Below, piece after piece: positions 36,726 to 45,683 of a DNA stretch of 64,000 nucleotides (the stretch's first letter is position 1; every line of letters begins with the position of its first letter). The stretch comes from Thermoplasmata archaeon (GTDB lineage: Archaea; Thermoplasmatota; Thermoplasmata; UBA10834), in assembly GCA_029864565.1 (NCBI GenBank), contig JAOTTD010000004.1, forward strand, positions 6,727 to 70,726. The letters are read 5' to 3'. The translations under genes and the position numbers were made by a program. The notes below the pieces were generated by a model. The model saw nothing but the letters and a program-made list of their open reading frames with translations. It was not told where the DNA came from and ran no database searches.

Positions 36726-38563
36726 AGGTAGTCGTGGATTTCGTCGAACTCGTTGGTCAACACCTTGAACTGACCATCGTCCATGCTGGATTTGTCAGTG
36801 TGGAGCAGTATCGTCGAACCGTGTATAGTCGCTAAGTCGTTCAACCGCCGGATGTACGCCAACACCTTGTCGAACCCGTTGATGTCGATGAGCGTGTTCA
36901 GGCCGTCGATCATCAGGCCCGCCCTTTTCGTCGTCATGAGGAATGTCGAGGCGGTCTCCATGGCGTCTCCTTCGAGATCGTGGGGATTGACGTTATCGAT
37001 GTCTGTGGTGCTCTCGGAGAACCAACGGACATCCACTTCCTCGCCGAGCTCATGGTCGGCCCTTATCTTCCCAGGGAATTCGGACGTGATGATCATAGCA
37101 GCCCTGCCAGATATTCCCATGGCCTTCATCATCCGATACGCCATCATCGGATCACTGTCGATGACGAGGTAATTCTTGCTGGCCTCAACCTCCTCCTGGA
37201 ACGCCCCGCACCTGGTGCACTGGATGGAATAGAGGTCCTCATTGCCTGTGTAGAGGAAAGTCTCGCCGCAACTCTTGCATTGTATCGAGCGCGTGTCCTG
37301 CGGGAACAGTATCGTCCCACATGTGGGGCATGCCTGTACCCTGTCGCCGCATGCAATATGCATCTCGGTCTCGCACACCTCGCACACGTGCACCTCCTCG
37401 AGATGGTCCATGGGCTTGTAACAGACTGCGCAGAGGCCTAGCGCCTCGGCCTCCTCGGGGGCAACTGCCGCCTGCTTGACCTCTATGACAGCGTCCTCGG
37501 GTATGTCCAGCGCCGACCTGTCATACACGAACCTGGACACCGCGTACTGCGCCATCACCGCAATCGGCCCTATGAATATGAAGTAGATCGAGTAGAGCAC
37601 GAAACCGTCCACCAGAAACCCAGTCAGGAAGGGGAAGGCGTAGAGGACCCAGACGATCGCAAGCAGGGCGATAGCGACCACTTTGACAGAGCGTCTCGGA
37701 CTGGCGTACTTTCTGTATCGCTTCGGATGCAGCTTCCTGAACTTCTCGAAGCGATGAGCAGGCATCCTCGCAATCATCAGGGAACATATCAGGAGGATTA
37801 TGAACGCAATCTGCTGGTTCTCGATCGCTGAGAACTCCTCGTAGGAGATGGTCTCCGCCTCGACGCTACTCGCGTTCCTCACCTCGAACTCAGAGGCGTA
37901 CCATAGGACGGCACCTGCGGGAGTTCTCAACTCCTGAATCGTGCCGTTGTTGAGTTCAGGGACGGTGAAACTGCCGAAGCCGAACGATACCGTCCGATGG
38001 TCGATTCGCATCACGCCGTCAAAGGAGTAACCCGTGCTGTCGCGCACGGCTCCGCATATCGTGGCCGCCGCGGTCTCCGTGATGAATATCACCTTCGAGA
38101 ACCCCTCGCCACGACCCTCGAAATCCATCCAGAACACCAGATCGTCGGTGGAATTCCATTCGTGGAGAATCAGTCCGACCGTCCTCTCAGAAATGTCTGT
38201 TAGGCTCATGTTGTTGAAATCGGTTGTTGGCGACAGAGTCACACCCCAATATGACCGTCCGTCGACCTCGGCTGCCATAGACATCAGGAAGTTCTTCGCC
38301 TCCTGAGAATCAATGATCTGGTTCATGCTGGCGTCGAACTCCGACAGAATGTACTGCCTCAGCTCGCGCGCTGGCTCCCCACTGAAAGTCACCTTGATGC
38401 TGCCCGAGCCATCGAGATCGCCTATGCTCGTCATCTGCATCCTCGTCTCCACAACCAAGGTGGGTTCCACAGTGTGGTCTTCCTGCGACACCGCCGATCC
38501 GGGCAGCGACATCACAAGCGCGACGGACAGAGCCAGAACCCAAAAGGAAAATAATCTCCTCAT
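36722..38563 (-). CDS. Membrane protein: signal peptide, extracytoplasmic domain, TM region, C4HC3-patterned zinc module, zinc ribbon and C-terminal DUF835 domain
   Basis: Signal-like MRRLFSFWVLALSVALVMSLPGSA. TM helices run from about residue 265 to 340. Zinc module CAVC-x12-CEVC-x4-H-x2-C-x6-CPTC, then CKSC-x16-CTRC. The C-terminal ~140 aa align with the stand-alone DUF835 protein at 54697-55245. Confidence 0.7.
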   Translation of the reverse strand: MRRLFSFWVLALSVALVMSLPGSAVSQEDHTVEPTLVVETRMQMTSIGDLDGSGSIKVTFSGEPARELRQYILSEFDASMNQIIDSQEAKNFLMSMAAEVDGRSYWGVTLSPTTDFNNMSLTDISERTVGLILHEWNSTDDLVFWMDFEGRGEGFSKVIFITETAAATICGAVRDSTGYSFDGVMRIDHRTVSFGFGSFTVPELNNGTIQELRTPAGAVLWYASEFEVRNASSVEAETISYEEFSAIENQQIAFIILLICSLMIARMPAHRFEKFRKLHPKRYRKYASPRRSVKVVAIALLAIVWVLYAFPFLTGFLVDGFVLYSIYFIFIGPIAVMAQYAVSRFVYDRSALDIPEDAVIEVKQAAVAPEEAEALGLCAVCYKPMDHLEEVHVCEVCETEMHIACGDRVQACPTCGTILFPQDTRSIQCKSCGETFLYTGNEDLYSIQCTRCGAFQEEVEASKNYLVIDSDPMMAYRMMKAMGISGRAAMIITSEFPGKIRADHELGEEVDVRWFSESTTDIDNVNPHDLEGDAMETASTFLMTTKRAGLMIDGLNTLIDINGFDKVLAYIRRLNDLATIHGSTILLHTDKSSMDDGQFKVLTNEFDEIHDYL

Positions 38564-38687
38564 CGTGCCAACCAGTGACTCTGATATCTCTTAAGCCTGG
38601 TTTTAATTCTTTGCCTTGTCGTTATCGTCAGTGAGACAATCACATCCTGGGGAGCCAGCCGACACAACGAGCGTTGAGGCGACATAC

Positions 38688-41567
38688 TCACTCGACATAG
38701 ACCGCAGGTCTTCCGGGCTTGGCATGCTTCGCCCTGTTCTTCGGGTCGTTTCTGGTGGGGTCGTCGGCTGAGAATACGAGAACCTCACACCCGAATTGGC
38801 CTTCCAGGAACCCCTTGGCTGCGCTCAGTACCGACAGCTCGTCGATGCTCGCCGAAGCCCTTGACCTCTCCTCAGAGGACATCCTGCTGACCTCCTCTGC
38901 CAGCGATTTCGCGAACGCAGGGGCTGCCTTCTTCGCCTCCGGCGGCACTCTGGGCATGAACTCCTTGATTAGGCCGCCGATGTCCACGGTCTTCTGCTCT
39001 CCGGATAGGGCCTTGTCGAGCATCTCCATCTTCCAGGCTGGAGCGGTCATCAACACCAGCTTCGAAGGCTTGATTGAAGTCACCTTGAGGATCTCGGAAA
39101 CGTCTACGAGGAGTGTAGAGAGCAGACGCTCCTTCGCCTCTTCAGACTCGGCCCCTTCGGACAGGGTGGCATCAGGGAGCTGCGAGTTCGATACGAACCT
39201 CGGCATTCCGAGCCGCTCCCACATCTCCTCGGCAACATGCGGTGTGACTGGGGCCATCAGCTGAGTCCAGAGCTTCAACGCCTCTCTGATGGCATTCTTT
39301 GAAGCGCCTCCCCTCCGAAGGTACCATCTGAGGTCCTGAGGGATTTCGAAGAAGACATTGTTCGTGTATGACCTGAGGTCGAACGAGTCCATGTAATCAT
39401 GAGTTTCGGCCAGTCGCCCCTGCATCCTAGCACGAAGCCAACCGTCTACATCGGAGTCGCGGTCCTCCTCCATCGACAGAAGGTCCTCGAAGAACGCCCA
39501 TGTGCGCTCAATCCTATCCCTGTACGATTCGACCTTCTCGTCCTCCCATGCGACATCTACGTACAGAGAGGCTATGTGGGCGTAGAAGAGCCTCATGGCA
39601 TCCACTCCGAAGCGCTCGGCCGCGTCGGGAATCGGCTGGGCTCCGCCCTTGGACTTGGATATCTTTCCACCGGTGGCTGTGATATACCAGTTCACTATGA
39701 TGCCCCTCGGCCAATGCTCTGGTCTAAGCACCCCCACGTGATTCATCAGAAAGACTGGGAAGTGGACAGTCATATGCTCCTTCCCGCCTAGGTTGATGTC
39801 GAGGGGGTACCAGTACTCGAACTCTGCCCTGATGGCTTCCAGGACCGCGGCATCTATACTGGTCGTATCCGCGGCCGCATTGACCTCACCCCTGCCAAGG
39901 AGGACATAGTCGAAGAATTCCTCGACCATCGATTCTGGCTGGATTGTACCCTCGTTTGCGTACTTGGCCAGCACGTAGTAGATCGGATACAGGGTGCTGT
40001 CTGCTATCGCCTCGACGATCCACCTGGGGTCAAGCGGGAACCGGGTTCCGAGCCAGTTGCCGAGCCTGACGCAGGCTCGCTCACGGTACCACTCGAGAAC
40101 GTTCTGTATGTTGTCGTGATACTCCTTCGGAAGGACCTTCATTGTGAGTGCATGCTCCTTCGAGCGTTCCTTGAGCGCGGGATTGGAGTAGTCGATGAAC
40201 CATTGGTCTGGTATCTTCTTAACGAGGACTTTGTTGCCGCATCTGCAGAGAACCTCCTCTGAGAGGTCATAGAACATCGCGGCCGCCCCGCTATCGATCA
40301 TCTGCTCCCGAACTGCGTCCTTGGCGCGCTCCACTTGCCACCCAGCGTACTCACCGCACGAGCTGTTCATGACTCCTTTGTGGAACCCGGTCTTGTACAC
40401 TTCCTTTGTGGCCTCGTCAAGCCGTGGGTCCTGCAGCGAGTCGATCCCCATGCGTTCCGTCACTTCGACTGCTGGCATCGGCCCGTATCCTGGGGTTTCT
40501 ATTATGGCTACCGGTGCGGCGGAATCGATCATATCGTCCGTTATGCCGTACCTCTCCCTCATCGCCGTATCTCTCCTGAGTTCGTGCAAGCCGATCCAGT
40601 CGACAGGCGCGTCGGAAGGAACGCTCATGACCAGCCCGGTGCCCACCTCTGGGTCGCAGAGCACCGATGGCAGTATCGTTATCATCTTGCCGGTGAGCGG
40701 CGCTTTGCACTTCTTGCCCATCAACGACGCGCCGTCCGCGGCGGCGACCACCTCGACTTTGTCCATTTGCTGTGCCAGCTTCTCGGCGGCCGGCCTTGAG
40801 ACGACCCAGGTCTCGTCATCCACCCTCGCGTCCACATACTCCACCTCCGGGTTGACCCAGAAGTTCGTCAGGCCGAACACGGTCTCGGGCCGCAATGTGG
40901 CCGCAACCAGTTTCCGCCCGTCCTCGAGGTCGAACTTGAGGAGCGAGTACTCGAGCACCTCTGCGTTCCCGCCCTTCGATATGTCTGTTTCGGAGGCATC
41001 TATCGCCACCGGGCCGTGTTCGATGCAGGCAGCCGCGTAATAGGGCTTCTGAATCAGCAAACCCTCAGCCATCAACTTGAGCATCTGCCACTCAATGAAG
41101 CGAGTGTAGTCAGTGTTGATCGTACTGGTGAATCTGCGCCAATCGGACATGAACCCGAAGCGCTTCCAATAGTCGTTCAGGTACACGCCGTTGAAGAACC
41201 GGACTACCTCCAACGGGTCCTTCAGACGAGAAATGATCTCCTCCGAGCATTTATTGGATCTGAGTATGTCAAGGGTGGCTGGATCGCCTCTCTCCACCCT
41301 TCGGGCGAAACTGATGGCACCATTGCCAGTCGCGTGGGTGCCCACGGGGAATAGCACGTTGTGACCCTTCAGTAGCTTGTACCGCACTATCGCGTCCGAG
41401 ACCGTGTACCCCCTCATGTGGCCGACGTGCAGATAGCCGGTGACCCCTGGGTAGGCGAATATCATGAAGAACTTGGGCTTGCCCGGCTTTGGCTCAGACT
41501 CGTTTATCCGCGCGTCGTACCACGCGTCCTGCCACTTCGCCTCGATTCGCGGGTAATCAAGAGCCAT
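38688..41567 (-). CDS. leuS: Leucine--tRNA ligase (archaeal type)
   Basis: HVGHMRGY (HIGH-type), a KISKSKG (KMSKS-type) motif and a large CP1 editing insert. ORF track start 41666; the Met at 41567 (MALDYPRIEAKWQDAW) fits and removes the overlap with 41642-41947. Confidence 0.95.
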   Translation of the reverse strand: MALDYPRIEAKWQDAWYDARINESEPKPGKPKFFMIFAYPGVTGYLHVGHMRGYTVSDAIVRYKLLKGHNVLFPVGTHATGNGAISFARRVERGDPATLDILRSNKCSEEIISRLKDPLEVVRFFNGVYLNDYWKRFGFMSDWRRFTSTINTDYTRFIEWQMLKLMAEGLLIQKPYYAAACIEHGPVAIDASETDISKGGNAEVLEYSLLKFDLEDGRKLVAATLRPETVFGLTNFWVNPEVEYVDARVDDETWVVSRPAAEKLAQQMDKVEVVAAADGASLMGKKCKAPLTGKMITILPSVLCDPEVGTGLVMSVPSDAPVDWIGLHELRRDTAMRERYGITDDMIDSAAPVAIIETPGYGPMPAVEVTERMGIDSLQDPRLDEATKEVYKTGFHKGVMNSSCGEYAGWQVERAKDAVREQMIDSGAAAMFYDLSEEVLCRCGNKVLVKKIPDQWFIDYSNPALKERSKEHALTMKVLPKEYHDNIQNVLEWYRERACVRLGNWLGTRFPLDPRWIVEAIADSTLYPIYYVLAKYANEGTIQPESMVEEFFDYVLLGRGEVNAAADTTSIDAAVLEAIRAEFEYWYPLDINLGGKEHMTVHFPVFLMNHVGVLRPEHWPRGIIVNWYITATGGKISKSKGGAQPIPDAAERFGVDAMRLFYAHIASLYVDVAWEDEKVESYRDRIERTWAFFEDLLSMEEDRDSDVDGWLRARMQGRLAETHDYMDSFDLRSYTNNVFFEIPQDLRWYLRRGGASKNAIREALKLWTQLMAPVTPHVAEEMWERLGMPRFVSNSQLPDATLSEGAESEEAKERLLSTLLVDVSEILKVTSIKPSKLVLMTAPAWKMEMLDKALSGEQKTVDIGGLIKEFMPRVPPEAKKAAPAFAKSLAEEVSRMSSEERSRASASIDELSVLSAAKGFLEGQFGCEVLVFSADDPTRNDPKNRAKHAKPGRPAVYVE

Positions 41568-41641
41568 TGGTCTCAGCCAGCTTGACATCGGAATGTGCAT
41601 TCCGCATAAATAGGTTGAGGAGACGCCTTCTCGAAGGGGCT

Positions 41642-41947
41642 TCAGGCGTCTCGGTTGGCGCGGCAAATGAACGTCGCCGCGGGTATGACCGTGGCCACGA
41701 CAACGCCCACCATGCTGAGCATCAGACCGGCCAGGAGCCGAAGGCCGTTGTCAGAGGAGTCAGAGAGTTCACTGGAATACATGTCGCTTACGTCGGATTC
41801 CAGTGTCTCTGCCGCCGCATCATCTGGTAGACAGGCGAGGGTAATAGCGAAGCCCGTCACAAAAAGAACCATGCCGGCGATCACCGAGATGGCGATGTAG
41901 TGTCTCGAGCCCGAACGTCCCTGTTTGTCGCTTTCGTCGTGGTCCAT
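41642..41947 (-). CDS. Possible small two-helix membrane protein
   Basis: Two hydrophobic segments (YIAISVIAGMVLFVTGFAITLA; LLAGLMLSMVGVVVATVIPAA) flank an acidic Ser/Asp loop. No homology recognised. Confidence 0.35.
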   Translation of the reverse strand: MDHDESDKQGRSGSRHYIAISVIAGMVLFVTGFAITLACLPDDAAAETLESDVSDMYSSELSDSSDNGLRLLAGLMLSMVGVVVATVIPAATFICRANRDA

Positions 41948-42105
41948 GTGTGCATCAACCGATATCCTAGGGCAGATTTGGCAGCATCAATGGCCTGCTC
42001 TTTAAGGCTTCCTACCAACAACGTGCGTTGCAGGTTGGCGCGGCCAGGATAGGTGAATCGAGGCATGTTGGGAGGCTTGACATTCATAATATGACCTTTT
42101 CATAC

Positions 42106-42120
42106 AAAATGTGACATTTT
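42106..42120. promoter_or_regulatory. Palindrome AAAATGT-G-ACATTTT next to a TATA-like box (TTATATA, 42129-42135): candidate operator
   Basis: Read directly. Lies about 70-85 nt upstream of the likely RHH start (42190). TGACAT-type half sites also occur at 42078-42083 and 42144-42149. Confidence 0.35.
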
Positions 42121-42189
42121 CCATATCATTATATACAAATGTATGACATATCGTCAACTCGCGTCAAAAAGCCGGGATGGGATGCACAC

Positions 42190-42573
42190 ATGTCTGAAGT
42201 GTTGGAGAACGAGAGGATAACGCTGCGGCTCGATTCCGACATACTGAAACTCATGGATGAGTTCGTCTCGAGCAGCCGTGAGTTCTCCAACCGATCTCAG
42301 TTGGCCCGCGCGGCCGTCTCCGCATATCTGGAGGCAAAGGCCGCGGGAACTGAGGAGGGAACGCATGGGAAGCCCAACGAGGTGGTGGTGCAGATGCCGC
42401 CGCTCGTGTTCGACACGGTTTCCCATCTGGTGGACGAGGGTATATACAGCTCTATATCAGAGGCGCTGGCAGATTGCGCCAGGCACCAGTTCCTCCACGA
42501 GGAGCACGTGGAGGCGGTGAAGAAGGATGCCGTCCAACAGAGAAGCGCGATGAAAGTAGTTCCCAAGGCATGA
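42190..42573 (+). CDS. Tandem ribbon-helix-helix (CopG/Arc/MetJ-type) DNA-binding protein
   Basis: There are two RHH-like units: ERITLRLDSDILKLMDEFV...NRSQLARAAVSAYL and VVVQMPPLVFDTVSHLVDEG.YSSISEALADCARHQFL. ORF track start 42139; the Met at 42190 fits the TATA position. Confidence 0.6.
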   Translation: MSEVLENERITLRLDSDILKLMDEFVSSSREFSNRSQLARAAVSAYLEAKAAGTEEGTHGKPNEVVVQMPPLVFDTVSHLVDEGIYSSISEALADCARHQFLHEEHVEAVKKDAVQQRSAMKVVPKA

Positions 42574-42672
42574 AAAAGGCACCGCTTTGAGGGCGCATTG
42601 TCCGACAGGGGGGTCTCTCGTAAGGGGGGCCCTCTCGCTGTCGGCCGATGAAGAAACGGAGGCCAGCAGGAA

Positions 42673-43464
42673 ATGACAGAGGAAGGGAGCAAAGTTGGAG
42701 ATTTGGTCAACGCACTCGGTGTCACTCTGGGAGAGCCAGCAATTGCGGTTGTGGGATGCGGCGGAGCTGGGTCGAACGTCGTCCACAGCATATACTGGGA
42801 CTCGAACAGGATAGAGACCGTTGCCGTAAACACTGACGAGGAGCACCTGCGAAAAGTGGATGCGCACAAGAGAATCCTAATAGGGAAGGATGTCACATTC
42901 GGCAAGGATACGAGCGGCTTCCCCGAGATTGGAGAGCACTGTGCAGATAAGGCGCGTCAAGTCCTCCGTGAGGCGCTCAGGAACTACGACATCATCTTCG
43001 TCGTCGCCGGAATGGGCGGTGGCACGGGCACAGGCGTCTCGCCTGTGGTCGCGACCGTGGCGAAGGAGCTGAACGCTCTGACCTTCGCGCTTCCGATAAT
43101 GCCCTTTGCAGTCGAGGGTCACGAAAAGACACGCATAGCTAATGATGGCGTTGGAAAATTGAGAGCCTTGGCGGACTTCACCGTGGTGCTCGACAACAAC
43201 AAGCTGGCTGAGATGGATGGTGCAAGAGACCTCCCGATGTCTGAGGCCATGAAAGTCATAGAGCGGAGCATAGTCAAGATTGTCCAGACCATAAGCAACG
43301 AGACGAGCTCCTACGTGAACACACTCATGCACGACATCTCTGGATACGCTGACGCAGTTGAAGAGCCGCTTGTGATGCCTCCAAACGAAGTCGCAGGGGA
43401 GCAGCTGATACACGTGGACCTGATGCCCACCTTCGATGATTTCGGCCCGAATATGTTCGGCTGA
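42673..43464 (+). CDS. FtsZ/tubulin-superfamily GTPase with N-terminal domain only (263 aa)
   Basis: GCGGAGSN (T1) and the tubulin signature [10 protein letters not shown] (residues 113-121). A T7-equivalent segment VNTLMHD at 215-221 has the first Asp replaced by Leu. The protein ends 42 residues later, so the C-terminal beta-sheet domain is absent. Confidence 0.8.
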   Translation: MTEEGSKVGDLVNALGVTLGEPAIAVVGCGGAGSNVVHSIYWDSNRIETVAVNTDEEHLRKVDAHKRILIGKDVTFGKDTSGFPEIGEHCADKARQVLREALRNYDIIFVVAGMGGGTGTGVSPVVATVAKELNALTFALPIMPFAVEGHEKTRIANDGVGKLRALADFTVVLDNNKLAEMDGARDLPMSEAMKVIERSIVKIVQTISNETSSYVNTLMHDISGYADAVEEPLVMPPNEVAGEQLIHVDLMPTFDDFGPNMFG

Positions 43465-43632
43465 CGCGCATGCTACGTCAGCAGAGGACCGGCGGATGAG
43501 GCGGCCTCCGAGCGCGTCGGCCGGCTGACCAGCGAAACACCCAAACCTCTTTGAGCATCTCATTTCGGGTATAGGCTGAAGGGCTCTCTCCGAAATCCGT
43601 TCGAACCGTTTTTATCGGCTCAAGCCCTTCAC

Positions 43633-44745
43633 TTGTTCGTGGCCACCAAGATAGGTTTCGTAGTCAATCCCATCGCAGGCATGGGCGGGCGTGTAGCCCT
43701 CAAAGGCACTGATGGCACTGAAGCGCGGGATGAGGCGGTCAGGCGCGGGGCAGTGGCGTGGTCGCCTGGAAGGGCAAGGCGGGCTCTGAAGGCTCTGCTC
43801 GCAAAGCGACTCGACCTTGACATCCTCACATGCTCGGATGAAATGGGCGAGCTCTTGCTCGATGAGGAGGGATTTCAACCGGAAGTGGTTTGCCACGCCG
43901 CTCCTGAAACGACGGCTGAGGATACCAAGAGAGCGGCGAGGGCGTTTCTCGAAAGAGGAGCTGACCTGCTACTGTTCTGCGGAGGCGACGGCACCGCGAA
44001 GGACATAGTCGAAGTGGTCGACAGTAGGGTTCCGATCGTGGGAATACCGGCAGGCGTCAAGATGCATTCATCCGTGTTCGCCGTGCGCCCGGAGGAAGCA
44101 GCCGATCTCGTGGAATCGTATGTCAGAACGGGGAAGACAAGGGACGCCGAGGTGATGGATATTGACGAGAACGACTTCCGCCGAGGAATCTCGAATCCCA
44201 GGCTTTTCGCTCTTGCGCTCGTCCCCGATGACGAGAGGCATTTGCAGGCCTCGAAGTCGGCGTTTCAGAGCCTTACGGCGTCCGATGAGGCCGAGGAGTT
44301 GGCAGTCTACGTGGTAGAAACGATGAAGAGCGGAGTCCTCTACATCATCGGGCCCGGCAGCACCACACAGGCGATCGCCATGGAGATGGCACAGGACAAG
44401 ACTCCATTGGGGGTCGATGCATATCTAGATAGAGAGCTTGTCGCCCAGGACCTTTCGGAGAATGACATTCTCGCGCAGATCAGAAGACATCCAGAAGCAG
44501 TGATAATCGTCACGCCGATAGGCGCCCAGGGGTTCATATTCGGACGAGGAAACCAACAGATCTCCTCGGAGGTGATCCGGGAGGTCGGGCTCGAGAACAT
44601 CATTGTCGTCGCGACACCGACTAAGCTCAACGGCACCGCGACGTTGCGGGTGGACACGGGCGACAGCGCTCTGGACGTGAGCCTTCGAAAGCCATTGAAA
44701 ATCCTGACGGGCTATCGCAGAAGGAAGCTGGTCGGCGTCGTCTGA
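43633..44745 (+). CDS. ATP-NAD kinase family protein (COG3199-like)
   Basis: KIGFVVNPIAGMGGRVALKGTDG and LLFCGGDGTAKDIV..VPIVGIPAGVKMHSSVF. TTG start. Confidence 0.75.
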   Translation: MFVATKIGFVVNPIAGMGGRVALKGTDGTEARDEAVRRGAVAWSPGRARRALKALLAKRLDLDILTCSDEMGELLLDEEGFQPEVVCHAAPETTAEDTKRAARAFLERGADLLLFCGGDGTAKDIVEVVDSRVPIVGIPAGVKMHSSVFAVRPEEAADLVESYVRTGKTRDAEVMDIDENDFRRGISNPRLFALALVPDDERHLQASKSAFQSLTASDEAEELAVYVVETMKSGVLYIIGPGSTTQAIAMEMAQDKTPLGVDAYLDRELVAQDLSENDILAQIRRHPEAVIIVTPIGAQGFIFGRGNQQISSEVIREVGLENIIVVATPTKLNGTATLRVDTGDSALDVSLRKPLKILTGYRRRKLVGVV

Positions 44746-44753
44746 CCAGTGCA

Positions 44754-45683
44754 TCAGTTCTTGGTAGCCGCCCTCTTCTCCATCGCGGCGAACGCCTCGT
44801 CCACTCCAATCTGTATCTTGGCGATATCCTCTTCTGACAAGTGGGCGAACCTACCCTGGAGGGATAGATACTCGGAGACAGGAACTCCTTTGCCCTTGCG
44901 TGTGATGGTCAGATCGCCGTTCACTATCTCGTAAAGTGGGAAGATCCTCGAATCGACCGCCAGCCTCGCAACCTCTATCGTCTTCATCGGATTCATGCGC
45001 CAACCTGGCGGGCAAGGAGAATAGGCGTGGATAAATCGGAACCCGCTCACCTCCTTCGCCTTGCGGACCTTCTTCACGAAATCCTCAGGGTGGCCTACGG
45101 AGACGGTCGCGGCATACGGCACATCGTGCGCCTCCATGATTCTCATTATGTCCTTCTTCGGCTCCCGCTTGAAACCCTTCGCGTCGCCCACGGGCGTGGT
45201 CGTGGTCCATGCTCCCCATGGTGTTGAGCCGCTTCGTTGTATTCCCGTGTTCATGTACGCCTCGTTGTCGTACATGACGTATATCGCGTCCGTCTGTCTC
45301 TCTGCAGCGCCAGACAGCGCCTGCAGCCCGATGTCTACTGTGCCTCCGTCGCCTGCGAAGCCGACAACGGTCACGTCCGTTTCCCCCCTCACGTCCAATG
45401 CAGCCCTGATTCCCGATAGCGAAGCTGCAGTTGCTTCGAACGCACAATAGACCATGGGTATTTTCAGACAGTGGCTGGGCCAGTACCCAGGCATGACGGC
45501 CCAGCAACACGCGGGTATCGTTACGATGGTCCGGTCCCCCAGCCCCTTCAACAGATATCTCATGACGAGGTTCGCGCCGCATCCAGGGCATCCCGTACTA
45601 CCGGGGTACGCGTACTCCTCTTCAGGTATCGTCGTCCTGGGCGTCAGCGCCACCTCCTTTCTAGGCCTTCGACGTCGACCCAC
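44754..45683 (-). CDS. porB: Pyruvate:ferredoxin oxidoreductase, beta subunit (TPP-binding)
   Basis: CPGCG near the N-terminus. GDGGTVDIGLQALSGAAERQ...YVMYDNEAYMNTG is the TPP motif. Confidence 0.9.
   Translation of the reverse strand: MGRRRRPRKEVALTPRTTIPEEEYAYPGSTGCPGCGANLVMRYLLKGLGDRTIVTIPACCWAVMPGYWPSHCLKIPMVYCAFEATAASLSGIRAALDVRGETDVTVVGFAGDGGTVDIGLQALSGAAERQTDAIYVMYDNEAYMNTGIQRSGSTPWGAWTTTTPVGDAKGFKREPKKDIMRIMEAHDVPYAATVSVGHPEDFVKKVRKAKEVSGFRFIHAYSPCPPGWRMNPMKTIEVARLAVDSRIFPLYEIVNGDLTITRKGKGVPVSEYLSLQGRFAHLSEEDIAKIQIGVDEAFAAMEKRAATKN

Noticed and set aside
41568-41666. 33-codon N-terminal extension of the LeuRS ORF
   Set aside because: The extension (MPRQPRRLKPLREG...) is unlike LeuRS N-termini and overlaps the end of the neighbouring ORF 41642-41947. 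The conserved start is MALDYPRIEAKWQ.
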